From Ignavibacteriales bacterium UBA1304 (lineage in GTDB: Bacteria > Bacteroidota > Ignavibacteria > Ignavibacteriales > Ignavibacteriaceae), in assembly GCA_002307295.1 (NCBI GenBank), contig DBTY01000052.1:24714-88713 (forward strand): 64,000 nt of DNA. Direction: 5' to 3'. The notes under the pieces are model-generated. The model searched no databases, had not been told where the DNA came from, and saw only the letters and a program-made list of their open reading frames with translations. Made by a program: the position numbers and the translations under genes. Positions 53,294-62,905 of the stretch are shown piece after piece; the stretch's first letter is position 1; the number at the start of each line of letters is the position of its first letter.

Positions 53294-54268
53294 ATGGAGC
53301 TGCTGATGTTAACGAGAAGCGTAAAAAATCCAATAATTTCAAGGAAAGATGTTCCTAATATTTATCCTAATGCAGTGGACGTTTCATCCGTATTTAATCC
53401 GGGCGCAATAAAATATAACGGAAAGTACATTCTTCTTCTCCGCGTTCAAAACAGAGGGCGAGAAACGTTTATTATGCAGGCTGAAAGCGCTAATGGAGTT
53501 GATTTTAAAGTAGCGGATAAGATTGTAGTTTTTAACGGATTAGAAAAGATAAAAGAAAAAATTTATCACATTTACGACGCAAGAATTACAAAACTTGAAA
53601 ATAAATACTACGTCCTGTTTGCAATGGATATGGATGACGGATGTAAGCTTGGTCTAGCTAAAACGGAATCATTTGAAGAATATGAATTCTTGGGAATTAT
53701 TTCGGAGGGAGACGTTCGAAATGGAGTCCTATTTCCTGAAAAAATTAACGGCAAATATTTACGGTTAGATAGACCAAATAAAGTTCAGCTTGAAGGCGGA
53801 CCATCATCGGGCAATACAATCTGTTTATCGGAATCCGAAGATCTGCTAAAATGGAAAACAGTCAAAAGCGTAATGAGCGGAAGATTTCATTACTGGGATG
53901 AAAACATAGGCTCAGGACCTACGCCGATAAAAACACGCGAAGGATGGCTGCACATTTACCATGGCGTAGCTACTCATTTTGCCAGTTCTAATATTTATCA
54001 GGCGGGAGTTTCTTTGCTTGATTTGAACGATCCTTCCATTGTGCTTGCAAGAGGGAGGTATAACATTCTTGAACCAAGAGAGATGTATGAACTAACAGGG
54101 CAGGTTCAAAATGTGGTGTTCCCAAGCGGAATGGTAGTGGAGGATTATGACGACGAAGGTTTTGCGCTGACGGATAGTAAAGTTCTTGTCTATTATGGCG
54201 CGGCAGACACTGTTGTAGGTTTAGCGGTTTCGACTGTAAAAGAATTAATTGAAGCTTCAAAACAATAA
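53294..54268 (+). CDS. GH130 beta-mannoside phosphorylase family protein, cytoplasmic
   Basis: GH130/DUF377 pattern: NPIISRKDVP, SVFNPGAIKYNGKYILLLRVQ, RITKLENKYYV, NGVLFPEKINGKY..L.RP, GWLHIYHGV, YYGAADT. The start may instead be the ATG at 53306 (a GGAG lies 6 nt upstream). Confidence 0.85.
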   Translation: MELLMLTRSVKNPIISRKDVPNIYPNAVDVSSVFNPGAIKYNGKYILLLRVQNRGRETFIMQAESANGVDFKVADKIVVFNGLEKIKEKIYHIYDARITKLENKYYVLFAMDMDDGCKLGLAKTESFEEYEFLGIISEGDVRNGVLFPEKINGKYLRLDRPNKVQLEGGPSSGNTICLSESEDLLKWKTVKSVMSGRFHYWDENIGSGPTPIKTREGWLHIYHGVATHFASSNIYQAGVSLLDLNDPSIVLARGRYNILEPREMYELTGQVQNVVFPSGMVVEDYDDEGFALTDSKVLVYYGAADTVVGLAVSTVKELIEASKQ

Positions 54269-54389
54269 TTCTTTCTTTTTGCTCATAGTATTTACAGGTT
54301 CTTTAGGCTAGATAAAGAAATTAATTTCGCGGAACATTTTATAAAATCCGCGTATTACATTTTACATTAAATCCGGGTAAAAGATTATT

Positions 54390-55490
54390 ATGTTAAAATT
54401 ATCAGCTCTGGTTTTTATGCTTGCAACAGCTTGTTTTGCGCAGGCTGTCCCAATTCCAACTATCGAATTTTCACCAAAGAAATATGTCTGTTACAAAACT
54501 AGTGATTCCATAAATGTAGATGGGAAAATGGAGGAATCGGCTTGGTTAAAAGCTGAATGGACAGACGACTATGTAGATATTGAAGGGGCGGTAAAACCAA
54601 CTCCCAGATTCCGGACTCGTTGCAAGATGCTTTGGGATGAAAATTATCTTTATATAGCGGCAGAAATTCAGGAGCCGGATATTTGGAGTAATGTGAAAAA
54701 CCGGGATGACGTAATTTTTTATGATAATGATTTTGAAGTTTTTATCGACCCGGATGGAGACACTCACCGTTATAGCGAATTTGAAATGAACGCCCTGAAT
54801 ACAGTTTGGGATTTGCTTCTTGTTCAACCATACAGAGATACAAAAAATGCGGCTATAGACGCGTGGGATTTTAAGGGATTAAAAACAGGGGTTTCGGTTA
54901 ACGGCACAATAAATAAACCTGGCGACGTTGATAAAAACTGGACTGTAGAGATTGCTTTCCCTTGGAAGGCTTTTAAAGAAATTGCAGAAACAGCCGCGCC
55001 GCCAAACGACAACGATCAATGGCGAATAAATTTTTCGCGCGTTGAATGGAAGACCGAAGTAATTGAGGGCAAATATCAGAAACAAATAGATCCGGCTACC
55101 GGAAAGCCATTTCCGGAAGATAACTGGGTTTGGTCGCCGCAGGGAGTTGTAAATATGCATTACCCTGAAATGTGGGGTTATGTGCAGTTTTCAAAGGAAG
55201 CTGTCGGCAGCGCTAAAACGTCTTTTATTGAAAACAAGGATGAAGCCGCAAAATGGTTTTTAAGAAATATCTATTATAAAGAAAGCAGTTATTTCGAAAA
55301 GCATGGCGTATTTACAACTAGCGTAAATGAATTAGGAATTGAATTGAAAAATATTCCTGGCTTTATTATGCCTCCTGTTATTGAATGTACAACAGATATG
55401 TTTGAAGCGTCGCTTAAATCTGAAGACTTAACAAAAAAAATAAACATCAGGACTGACGGCCTGACCTGGATTTCAAAAATTCAGAAATAG
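54390..55490 (+). CDS. Carbohydrate-binding family 9 (CBM9/DOMON)-like secreted protein
   Basis: Signal peptide. CBM9-like pattern: DGKMEESAW, DIEG, KMLWDENYLYIAAEIQEPDIW, DNDFEVFIDPDGD...YSEFEMNALNTVWDLLL. Confidence 0.7.
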   Translation: MLKLSALVFMLATACFAQAVPIPTIEFSPKKYVCYKTSDSINVDGKMEESAWLKAEWTDDYVDIEGAVKPTPRFRTRCKMLWDENYLYIAAEIQEPDIWSNVKNRDDVIFYDNDFEVFIDPDGDTHRYSEFEMNALNTVWDLLLVQPYRDTKNAAIDAWDFKGLKTGVSVNGTINKPGDVDKNWTVEIAFPWKAFKEIAETAAPPNDNDQWRINFSRVEWKTEVIEGKYQKQIDPATGKPFPEDNWVWSPQGVVNMHYPEMWGYVQFSKEAVGSAKTSFIENKDEAAKWFLRNIYYKESSYFEKHGVFTTSVNELGIELKNIPGFIMPPVIECTTDMFEASLKSEDLTKKINIRTDGLTWISKIQK

Positions 55491-55561
55491 CAAAATTGTG
55501 TTCTAACGTCTTGACTGTATAAATCATTTTTATTTAAGAAAACGAAATACGCGATTGTTAT

Positions 55562-56911
55562 ATGAATAAACGTCCAACGCTGGAAAACCGAAAATTTACA
55601 AGCGATTCAGTAGAAAAAAAAATAGCTGAAGTTAGCGAATTTATTGAAGACAAAAAATTAGCCGGACTTTTTGAAAATTGCTTTCCAAATTCACTAGACA
55701 CAGCAATCAATTTTTCAATTGAAAATGGCGAGCCTGATACGTTTGTTATAACCGGCGATATCAGTGCGATGTGGCTTAGAGATTCAAGCGCCCAGGTATG
55801 GCCTTATTTAAGTTTAGCGCCTGAAGACAAAAAGCTGAAAGAAATGGTTCGCGGCGTAATTAACCGGCAAACTAAATGCATTTTGCTTGACCCTTACGCA
55901 AATGCTTTTAGTAATGATCAAGTAAGAGGCGAATGGTCAAACGATCTTACAGAAATGAAAAATGGACTTCATGAAAGGAAATGGGAAATTGATTCGCTTT
56001 GTTATCCAGTAAGGCTTGCATATGCTTATTGGAAAACTACTGAGGATTCTTCCTGCTTCTCTTCTGATTGGCAATTAGCTGCAAAGCTTATTGTTAAAAC
56101 ATTTAAAGAACAGCAGCGAAAAACAGACAGGGGGATGTACAAATTTGGCAGAGTAACTGCATGGAGCACTGATACTGTGCCAGGTAACGGATATGGGAAT
56201 CCAGTTAATCCGGTAGGGCTCATAGTCTCTATTTTCAGACCTTCTGACGATGCAACGATTTTCCCTTTTCTCGTTCCGTCAAATTATTTTGCCGTAGTAA
56301 CTTTAAAAATGATTGCTCAGATTTTTACCGCAATTTTTAATGATAATGAGTTTGCATCGGAATGCTTAGCAATGGCCAGTGAGATAGAAAAAGCATTAAA
56401 AGAATATGCAGTAACAGGCCATCTTCATTTTGGGAATATCTTTGCTTATGAACTAGACGGTTTCGGAAATAAATTATTTATGGATGACGCAAACATTCCA
56501 AGCCTGCTTTCGCTGCCTTACCTTGACTGCTGCTCTTTAGAAGATACGGTATATCAAAACACAAGAAAATTTGTGTTAAGCAAATTTAACCCTTACTTCT
56601 TTAAGGGAAAAGTAGCAGAAGGAATTGGCAGTCCGCACACATTAATAAATAAGATATGGACAATAAGCATCATTATGAGGGCGATGACAAGCGCTGATGA
56701 TGAAGAAATCATTCAATGCTTAAATTATCTTACAGTAAGTCATGCCGGTACAGGTTTTATGCACGAATCTTTCGAAAAAGATGAGGCTGACGATTATACG
56801 CGTAATTGGTTTGCCTGGGCAAATTCATTATTTGGCGAACTGATAGTCAAACTTTATAATGACAACCCAGCTTTGCTTAAACAAAAATTTAACAACTATA
56901 AAGCGCTTTAG
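55562..56911 (+). CDS. GH125 exo-alpha-1,6-mannosidase family (DUF1237), cytoplasmic
   Basis: GH125 signature: FVITGDISAMWLRDSSAQVWPYL, ERKWEIDSLCYP, DDANIPSLLSLPYL, NWFAWANSLFGE. No signal peptide. Confidence 0.85.
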   Translation: MNKRPTLENRKFTSDSVEKKIAEVSEFIEDKKLAGLFENCFPNSLDTAINFSIENGEPDTFVITGDISAMWLRDSSAQVWPYLSLAPEDKKLKEMVRGVINRQTKCILLDPYANAFSNDQVRGEWSNDLTEMKNGLHERKWEIDSLCYPVRLAYAYWKTTEDSSCFSSDWQLAAKLIVKTFKEQQRKTDRGMYKFGRVTAWSTDTVPGNGYGNPVNPVGLIVSIFRPSDDATIFPFLVPSNYFAVVTLKMIAQIFTAIFNDNEFASECLAMASEIEKALKEYAVTGHLHFGNIFAYELDGFGNKLFMDDANIPSLLSLPYLDCCSLEDTVYQNTRKFVLSKFNPYFFKGKVAEGIGSPHTLINKIWTISIIMRAMTSADDEEIIQCLNYLTVSHAGTGFMHESFEKDEADDYTRNWFAWANSLFGELIVKLYNDNPALLKQKFNNYKAL

Positions 56912-56932
56912 GATTAAACCTTTAGGAGAATT

Positions 56933-59512
56933 ATGAAAACATCAATACTATTTATTTTGTTGTTATGCTTACCGGTTTTAAGCTATGCTCAGAACGATGC
57001 CCCTTTCAAAAATCCGAACTTCTCTATTGAAGCAAGGGTAAGCGATCTTGTATCAAGAATGACGCTTGAAGAAAAGGTTTCGCAGATGGTTTATAATTCG
57101 CCCGCGATTGAGCGTCTTGGAATACCGGAATATAATTGGTGGAATGAAGCTTTACATGGAGTCGCAAGAAACGGTATTGCGACTGTGTTCCCGCAATCAA
57201 TTGGATTGGCCGCTACATGGGATCCGGAGCTAATCTACAGAGTCGCTACAGTGATCTCTGATGAAGCGCGCGCAAAATATAACAGCGCAGTAAGTAGAAA
57301 TAAAAGAGGGAGCTATCAGGGACTTACTTTATGGTCTCCGAATATTAATATTTTTCGCGACCCTCGCTGGGGCAGAGGAATGGAGACGTACGGAGAAGAT
57401 CCATTTTTAACAGGAACTATAGGAGTTCAGTTTGTAAAAGGCTTGCAGGGGACTGACGCTAAATACCTGAAAACAATTGCAACCCCAAAACATTTTGCAG
57501 TGCACAGCGGACCTGAACCAGAGAGGCACGTATTTAATGCAATGATAAGCGATTATGATCTAAGAGAAACTTATCTGCCGCATTTTAAAAAATGCGTAGT
57601 TGAGGGGCATGCATTTTCAGTCATGTGCGCATACAACAGATTTCGCGGAGACGCGTGCTGCGGAAGCAATCCTTTGTTAAAACAAATTTTACGCGATGAA
57701 TGGAATTTCAAAGGGCTGATTGTTTCTGATTGTTGGGCTGTGCCGGATATGTATAACTTCCATAAAATTGTAAATACACCTGAAGAAGCTTCTGCTATTG
57801 CCGTTAAAGCGGGAACTGATCTTGAATGCGGCAATGCTTATCCTTCATTGGTAAACTCAGTGAAACAGGGATTGATAAAGGAAAGCGAACTTGACGTTTC
57901 AATTAAAAGAGTCATGGAGGCAAGATTCCGACTTGGAATGTTTGATCCGCCGGAAATTGTACCGTTCTCAAAATTACAGGAAGTAGATACAAAGTTAGAC
58001 AGAGAAATCGCGCTTGAAACTACAAGAAAATCTATTGTGCTTCTGAAAAATGAAAATAATTTACTTCCGCTTAAAAAAGATATTAAAACCATTGCAGTTA
58101 TTGGTCCTAATGCAAACGACTTTGAAACGCTGCGCGGCAACTATAATGGCTTTCCATCGTACCCTGTAACTCCTTTACAAGGTATAAAAGATAAACTCCC
58201 GGACGCAAAAGTAATATATGAACGCGGCTGCGATCTGGCGGAAAATATGCCTTCGTTTGAAGTTGTCGGAAAATCTTTTCTTTTCACTTCGGCGAGTAAA
58301 ACAGAAAGCGGATTGCTTGGCGAGTATTTTGATAATAGAGAATTTAAAGGCAAGCCAACTTTTACTCGGGGTGACAGCATAGTTGATTTTGCCTGGTGGG
58401 ACGGAGCTCCATCTAAAAAATTTAATCCGGATAATTTTGGCGTCAGGTGGTCGGGCGTAATAGCGCCTGATAAGAGCGGCAAATATATTTTAGGCGGATA
58501 CGGTTTCAATGGTTTTAAAATTTATTTCGAAGATACGCTGTTAGTACAGTTCGATGGAGAATTCGACCCGGTAAAGACTTATAAATCGTTAGACCTGACC
58601 GCAGGGAAGACCTATAAAATAAAAATTGAATTCTACAAAAAACTCCGTTATTCGTTTATGCAGTTTATCTGGTCTGTTCCGGATGAAAATCTTGAACAAA
58701 GAGCTCTTGAAGCGGCAAAAAAATCTGATGCCGTTATAATGGTAATGGGTTTATCGCCGCGATTAGAAGGGGAAGAAATGAAAGTTGATATAAAAGGATT
58801 TAAAGGGGGAGACAGAATTGCGTTAGATTTGCCTGAAACGCAAATAAATCTTATCAAAAAAATTCATTCTACAGGAAAACCTGTAACCTTAGTTTTGTTA
58901 AATGGCAGCGCGCTTTCTATAAACTGGGAAAGTAAAAATATTCCGGCAATAATTGAAGCTTGGTATCCGGGGCAGGCAGCTGGAACTGCAATTGCAGATG
59001 TAATATTTGGAGATTATAACCCAGCAGGCAGATTACCGGTCACTTTCTATAAATCTATAGATCAGCTTCCTCCATTTTCAGATTACAAGATGACAGGCAG
59101 AACATATAGATATTTTACAGGCGAACCGCTCTATCCTTTTGGATTTGGGCTGAGCTTTACAACATTCCAATATAAAAATCTAACTATAAGCCAACCGGAA
59201 ATTCATTCAGGCGATTCTACAATTGTATCAGTTGACGTAATGAATACAGGCAAAATAAAAGGGGAAGAGGTCGTGCAGTTATATATAAAGGCCGCTAACG
59301 ATACTATGGCGCTTAAGACGCTAAAAGGTTTTAAAAGAATAAATCTTGAAGCCGGAGAAACGAAGAAAGTTGAATTTACAATTAACTCAGAAACGTTATC
59401 AAGGTGGATTGATGGAAAAGGATATTCAGTTGAGCAGGATAAATATACTGTTATGATTGGATCTTCTTCAGATCAAAAAGATTTAAGAACAATTTATTTA
59501 AACTTAAAATAA
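56933..59512 (+). CDS. GH3 beta-glycosidase (BglX-like) with inserted PA14 domain, secreted
   Basis: AGGAGA RBS and signal peptide. GH3 motifs: WWNEALHGV, KHFAVHSGPE, GLIVSDCWA (nucleophile Asp). PA14-like insert (GLLGEYFDNREFKGKP ... GVRWSG). C-terminal Fn3-like domain. Confidence 0.85.
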   Translation: MKTSILFILLLCLPVLSYAQNDAPFKNPNFSIEARVSDLVSRMTLEEKVSQMVYNSPAIERLGIPEYNWWNEALHGVARNGIATVFPQSIGLAATWDPELIYRVATVISDEARAKYNSAVSRNKRGSYQGLTLWSPNINIFRDPRWGRGMETYGEDPFLTGTIGVQFVKGLQGTDAKYLKTIATPKHFAVHSGPEPERHVFNAMISDYDLRETYLPHFKKCVVEGHAFSVMCAYNRFRGDACCGSNPLLKQILRDEWNFKGLIVSDCWAVPDMYNFHKIVNTPEEASAIAVKAGTDLECGNAYPSLVNSVKQGLIKESELDVSIKRVMEARFRLGMFDPPEIVPFSKLQEVDTKLDREIALETTRKSIVLLKNENNLLPLKKDIKTIAVIGPNANDFETLRGNYNGFPSYPVTPLQGIKDKLPDAKVIYERGCDLAENMPSFEVVGKSFLFTSASKTESGLLGEYFDNREFKGKPTFTRGDSIVDFAWWDGAPSKKFNPDNFGVRWSGVIAPDKSGKYILGGYGFNGFKIYFEDTLLVQFDGEFDPVKTYKSLDLTAGKTYKIKIEFYKKLRYSFMQFIWSVPDENLEQRALEAAKKSDAVIMVMGLSPRLEGEEMKVDIKGFKGGDRIALDLPETQINLIKKIHSTGKPVTLVLLNGSALSINWESKNIPAIIEAWYPGQAAGTAIADVIFGDYNPAGRLPVTFYKSIDQLPPFSDYKMTGRTYRYFTGEPLYPFGFGLSFTTFQYKNLTISQPEIHSGDSTIVSVDVMNTGKIKGEEVVQLYIKAANDTMALKTLKGFKRINLEAGETKKVEFTINSETLSRWIDGKGYSVEQDKYTVMIGSSSDQKDLRTIYLNLK

Positions 59513-59690
59513 TGTTGTACTATAATTTGTTCTTAATTAGTCATAGATCGTATTAGAGAGAAAAATTTTTTACAACTGTTTGACAAAGAAATTCAAACAA
59601 ATTAAACGCATGTTCTTAAAAATTCTTTTAAGTAGTTCAATAATTAATAAATAGGGTAGTTTATTCTGTTATAAAATAAAAAGACTTAAT

Positions 59691-59759
59691 AATAATCTTA
59701 TTTGGTGCATAAAAATAAGTTTATCCTAAGTATTGCAATTTAAAACTAATAAGATTATT
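59691..59759. repeat. Perfect 12-bp inverted repeat in the leader/promoter of the TonB-dependent receptor gene
   Basis: aataatcttatt (59691-59702) and aataagattatt (59748-59759) are exact reverse complements separated by 45 nt. Three more pairs follow after one mismatch. The right arm ends 56 nt upstream of the ATG at 59816. Confidence 0.8.
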
Positions 59760-59815
59760 TTTATATCGAAAAAACTAACTGTCATTTTAAGGTACAATAT
59801 CTCTTGGAGGAGCCT

Positions 59816-62785
59816 ATGTTAAAAAAGATTACCGTTATTTCAGGGTTTGTTTTTTTCTGTATTCTACTGTTAAGCGCGCCGGTATTCGCAATACAAAATG
59901 GCGTTATTAGGGGAACAGTAAGGGATGTTCAATCAAAGGACATTTTACCTTTTGCTAATATTGTTTTGGTCGGAACTGGTCTGGGAGATGCAGCCGATGT
60001 AAAAGGGAATTATATTATTCGTAACGTCCAACCAGGGAAGTATACTTTAAGGGCTACTTATCTTGGCTATAAAAGCATCGACGTTATTGTCGAAGTTACA
60101 GATGGAGGCAAGCTAACACAGGATTTTAATTTGGCTGCTGAAGGGAATTTTGTTAAGGAAGTAGTTGTAACTGCTCAGGCCAAAGGTCAATATGAAGCTA
60201 TCAATGAACAGCTTAACGCCAACACTATAAAAAATGTCGTTTCATTAGCTAAGATCCAGGAATTGCCTGATGCAAATGCAGCTGAGTCTGTCAGCAGGCT
60301 TCCAGGCGTTTCGCTTGTAAGAACAGGCGGCGAAGGCTCAAAAGTCGTTGTGCGCGGTCTCTCTCCTCAATATAACCGGGTAACAATAGACGGCGTGGAA
60401 ATGCCGGCTAATACTTCTTCCAGCGATCCAAACGATCATAAATCGTCGCTTACAAACAGCGATGAGCTTTCTCTTTCAGGAGATAGAGCGACAGACTTAA
60501 GTATGATCTCTTCAAATATGCTTGGCGGAATTGAAGTAATTAAAGCTATAACGCCTGATATGGATGCGACAGTATTTGGAGGAGTAATTAACTTTTCAAT
60601 GCGAAAGGCTCAAAAACCTGACTCTGGCAGCAGACCGCAGTTTGAAATTGTTACTCAGGGATCTTATAATAATTTGAAAGATTCATACAAGGATTATAAG
60701 CTTGTAGGGTCTTATGAACAGCGTTTCTTTGATAACAGTTTCGGCATCTTTGCTCAGGGTTCGGCGGAAGATAAGAACTTAAGCGCAAATCAATTGAGCG
60801 CGGACTATAATTTTTCTGGTAAAACAGATGCAACTGATGAAGGCGTTGCGGACTTTCAATCAATGACTCTTACTGATGTTGTAAGGGACCGAAAACGTTA
60901 CGGCGCTACTGTAGTGTTTGATTATGCTCATGAAACCGGAAGCATCGGATTTATGAACTTTTATAGCAGAAGCAATACAAAAACCATTTCAAGAGCTGAA
61001 TCCTATTATTTGCTGGAAGATTACGGCTATTATTCCGCAACAAATTCTAAATCGGTAATGGACGTCTATAGCAACCTTTTGAACGTTAAACAAAGTCTCT
61101 TTGGCGTTCAGATGGAAGCCAAATTTACTCATTCTTATTCGACTAACGAAAATCCGGATGATGTTAACTTTAAGTTTAAGCAGAACAAAGTAGGATTTGC
61201 AAATGAATACAACGCTTTAAAGCATAAACCGCCTAAGGAAATTGCCACACACGTTGTTCACAATCCTGAATATGCAGACTTTTTTGAAATCTATAATACA
61301 TACAGCTTATCCAAGGATAGGACTCTTGGCGTTTCGCTTGATTTTTCTACAGATTTAATGGTCTCGGATCTTATCTCAAGTAAGGTTAAAGCTGGCGGAG
61401 CTTATCAGTACAGAGACCGCTCATATGATTATAACCAAAACAGCGGGTCGGTATTTTACGATGATGGAGGACAAGTATCGTCAGCAATTTTAAGAGCATT
61501 TCCGCAATTTGGTTCTACTATAACAGCTTCTGATTTTTACGATCCCAATTACAGCTATGGCGAGTTTCTTAAAGGAGATTATAAGCTTCAAAATCCACTT
61601 AATGTGGACTTGATGCTAAGAGTTATGGACGTTGCTAAAGCTAATCCTGGCGTCGGCAGCGGCGGAGGGTATAAGCTGAATAAATTATCGTCCCTGTTGG
61701 ATGACTATAATGGAAATGAAAAAAGATCTGCCGGTTATGCGATGGCTGACTTTAATATCGGTCCTATGGTTTCAGTTTTACCAGGATTTCGTTATCAAAA
61801 TTTAACGACAGAGTATTCAGGAATCAGAGGCGAAGCAGTTCCTGGGGGAATTATATACACAAACGCGACCGAAACTCAATCGCATGGTTATTTACTGCCT
61901 ATGCTGCATTTTCAGGTAAGACCTGCAGACTGGATGCAATTCCATTTTGCTTACACAAATACATTAAACTATCCCGACTATAACACAATTATTCCTAAAT
62001 ATTATGTCGGAACAAATTTTATCATATACAACAATTACAGGCTGAAACCTGCTACTTCTCAAAACTTTGACGCAGTTCTGTCATTATATTCGAATGAGCT
62101 TGGTCTGTTTTCATTTGGCGCGTATAAGAAAAGCATTAAAAATTTAATCTATAACACCAAGTCCTATCCTAAAGATTTTAGCGCTTATCCTGATTTGTAC
62201 GATAAACTAAAAAGCAGGACTGAATCATTTACTCTTTTTACATACATCAATAATCCTTATACAATTGATATATTCGGAATAGAAACAGAATGGCAGACTC
62301 ACTTCTGGTATTTGCCAGAACCATTTTCCGGCCTTATCCTGGATATTAATTATACTCATATTTTTTCAGAGGCAAAATATCCAAAAACAAATTTGGTTAC
62401 TACTTTAGACTCTAACTACATCCAACAAACGACTGCCGTAGATACATTTTATACTTCCCGTTTGTTAGATCAACCAAATGATATTATTAATATTGCATTG
62501 GGATACGACTATGCAGGTTTCTCTATGCGGGTATCGATGCTATATCAAGATAACATATTTAAAAAACCCGATTTTTGGCTGCAAAACAGAGTCCAGTCGA
62601 AAAGATACGTTCGCTTTGATCTTTCTGTAAAACAAGAACTGCCATGGTATGGTATTCAGGTTTACTTTAATCTAAATAATATTAGCGGAGAAGACGACGT
62701 TGATATAAATCAAAAAACTACCTTTATCACTTCTCAGCAGCGTTATGGCATGACGGCGGATTTGGGATTTCGGATAAAGTTCTAA
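59816..62785 (+). CDS. TonB-dependent outer-membrane receptor with N-terminal carboxypeptidase-regulatory-like domain
   Basis: ATG at 59816 with a GGAGGA RBS (track TTG 59804 rejected). Signal peptide. CarbopepD_reg-like domain (GVIRGTVRD...GNYIIRNVQPGKYTLRATYLGYKS), plug domain (PGVSLVRTGGEGSKVVVRGL..QYNRVTIDG), long beta-barrel ending in the terminal aromatic residue GFRIKF. Confidence 0.85.
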   Translation: MLKKITVISGFVFFCILLLSAPVFAIQNGVIRGTVRDVQSKDILPFANIVLVGTGLGDAADVKGNYIIRNVQPGKYTLRATYLGYKSIDVIVEVTDGGKLTQDFNLAAEGNFVKEVVVTAQAKGQYEAINEQLNANTIKNVVSLAKIQELPDANAAESVSRLPGVSLVRTGGEGSKVVVRGLSPQYNRVTIDGVEMPANTSSSDPNDHKSSLTNSDELSLSGDRATDLSMISSNMLGGIEVIKAITPDMDATVFGGVINFSMRKAQKPDSGSRPQFEIVTQGSYNNLKDSYKDYKLVGSYEQRFFDNSFGIFAQGSAEDKNLSANQLSADYNFSGKTDATDEGVADFQSMTLTDVVRDRKRYGATVVFDYAHETGSIGFMNFYSRSNTKTISRAESYYLLEDYGYYSATNSKSVMDVYSNLLNVKQSLFGVQMEAKFTHSYSTNENPDDVNFKFKQNKVGFANEYNALKHKPPKEIATHVVHNPEYADFFEIYNTYSLSKDRTLGVSLDFSTDLMVSDLISSKVKAGGAYQYRDRSYDYNQNSGSVFYDDGGQVSSAILRAFPQFGSTITASDFYDPNYSYGEFLKGDYKLQNPLNVDLMLRVMDVAKANPGVGSGGGYKLNKLSSLLDDYNGNEKRSAGYAMADFNIGPMVSVLPGFRYQNLTTEYSGIRGEAVPGGIIYTNATETQSHGYLLPMLHFQVRPADWMQFHFAYTNTLNYPDYNTIIPKYYVGTNFIIYNNYRLKPATSQNFDAVLSLYSNELGLFSFGAYKKSIKNLIYNTKSYPKDFSAYPDLYDKLKSRTESFTLFTYINNPYTIDIFGIETEWQTHFWYLPEPFSGLILDINYTHIFSEAKYPKTNLVTTLDSNYIQQTTAVDTFYTSRLLDQPNDIINIALGYDYAGFSMRVSMLYQDNIFKKPDFWLQNRVQSKRYVRFDLSVKQELPWYGIQVYFNLNNISGEDDVDINQKTTFITSQQRYGMTADLGFRIKF

Positions 62786-62905
62786 ACATTAAAAATAAAA
62801 GGAGCGCGCCTATGAGTTAAGTAAGTAATACATTTCCTGAAACAAACTTTGTTACTGTTAATAGTAAGATTTAAATAAATCACTAACACAAAAAGGAGAA
62901 CCATT

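Noticed and set aside
344-60863. About 55 short (60-156 aa) ORFs in the six-frame track that lie inside or antisense to the long genes (e.g. 344-646, 1772-2029, 7586-8392, 10346-10565, 13931-14227, 22113-22687, 35134-35604, 37014-37965, 44675-45308, 51267-52672, 57571-58857).
   Set aside because: Each is fully contained in a longer ORF with strong family-level motifs. They have odd or low-complexity composition, no RBS and no recognisable motif. I treat them as frame shadows, not genes.
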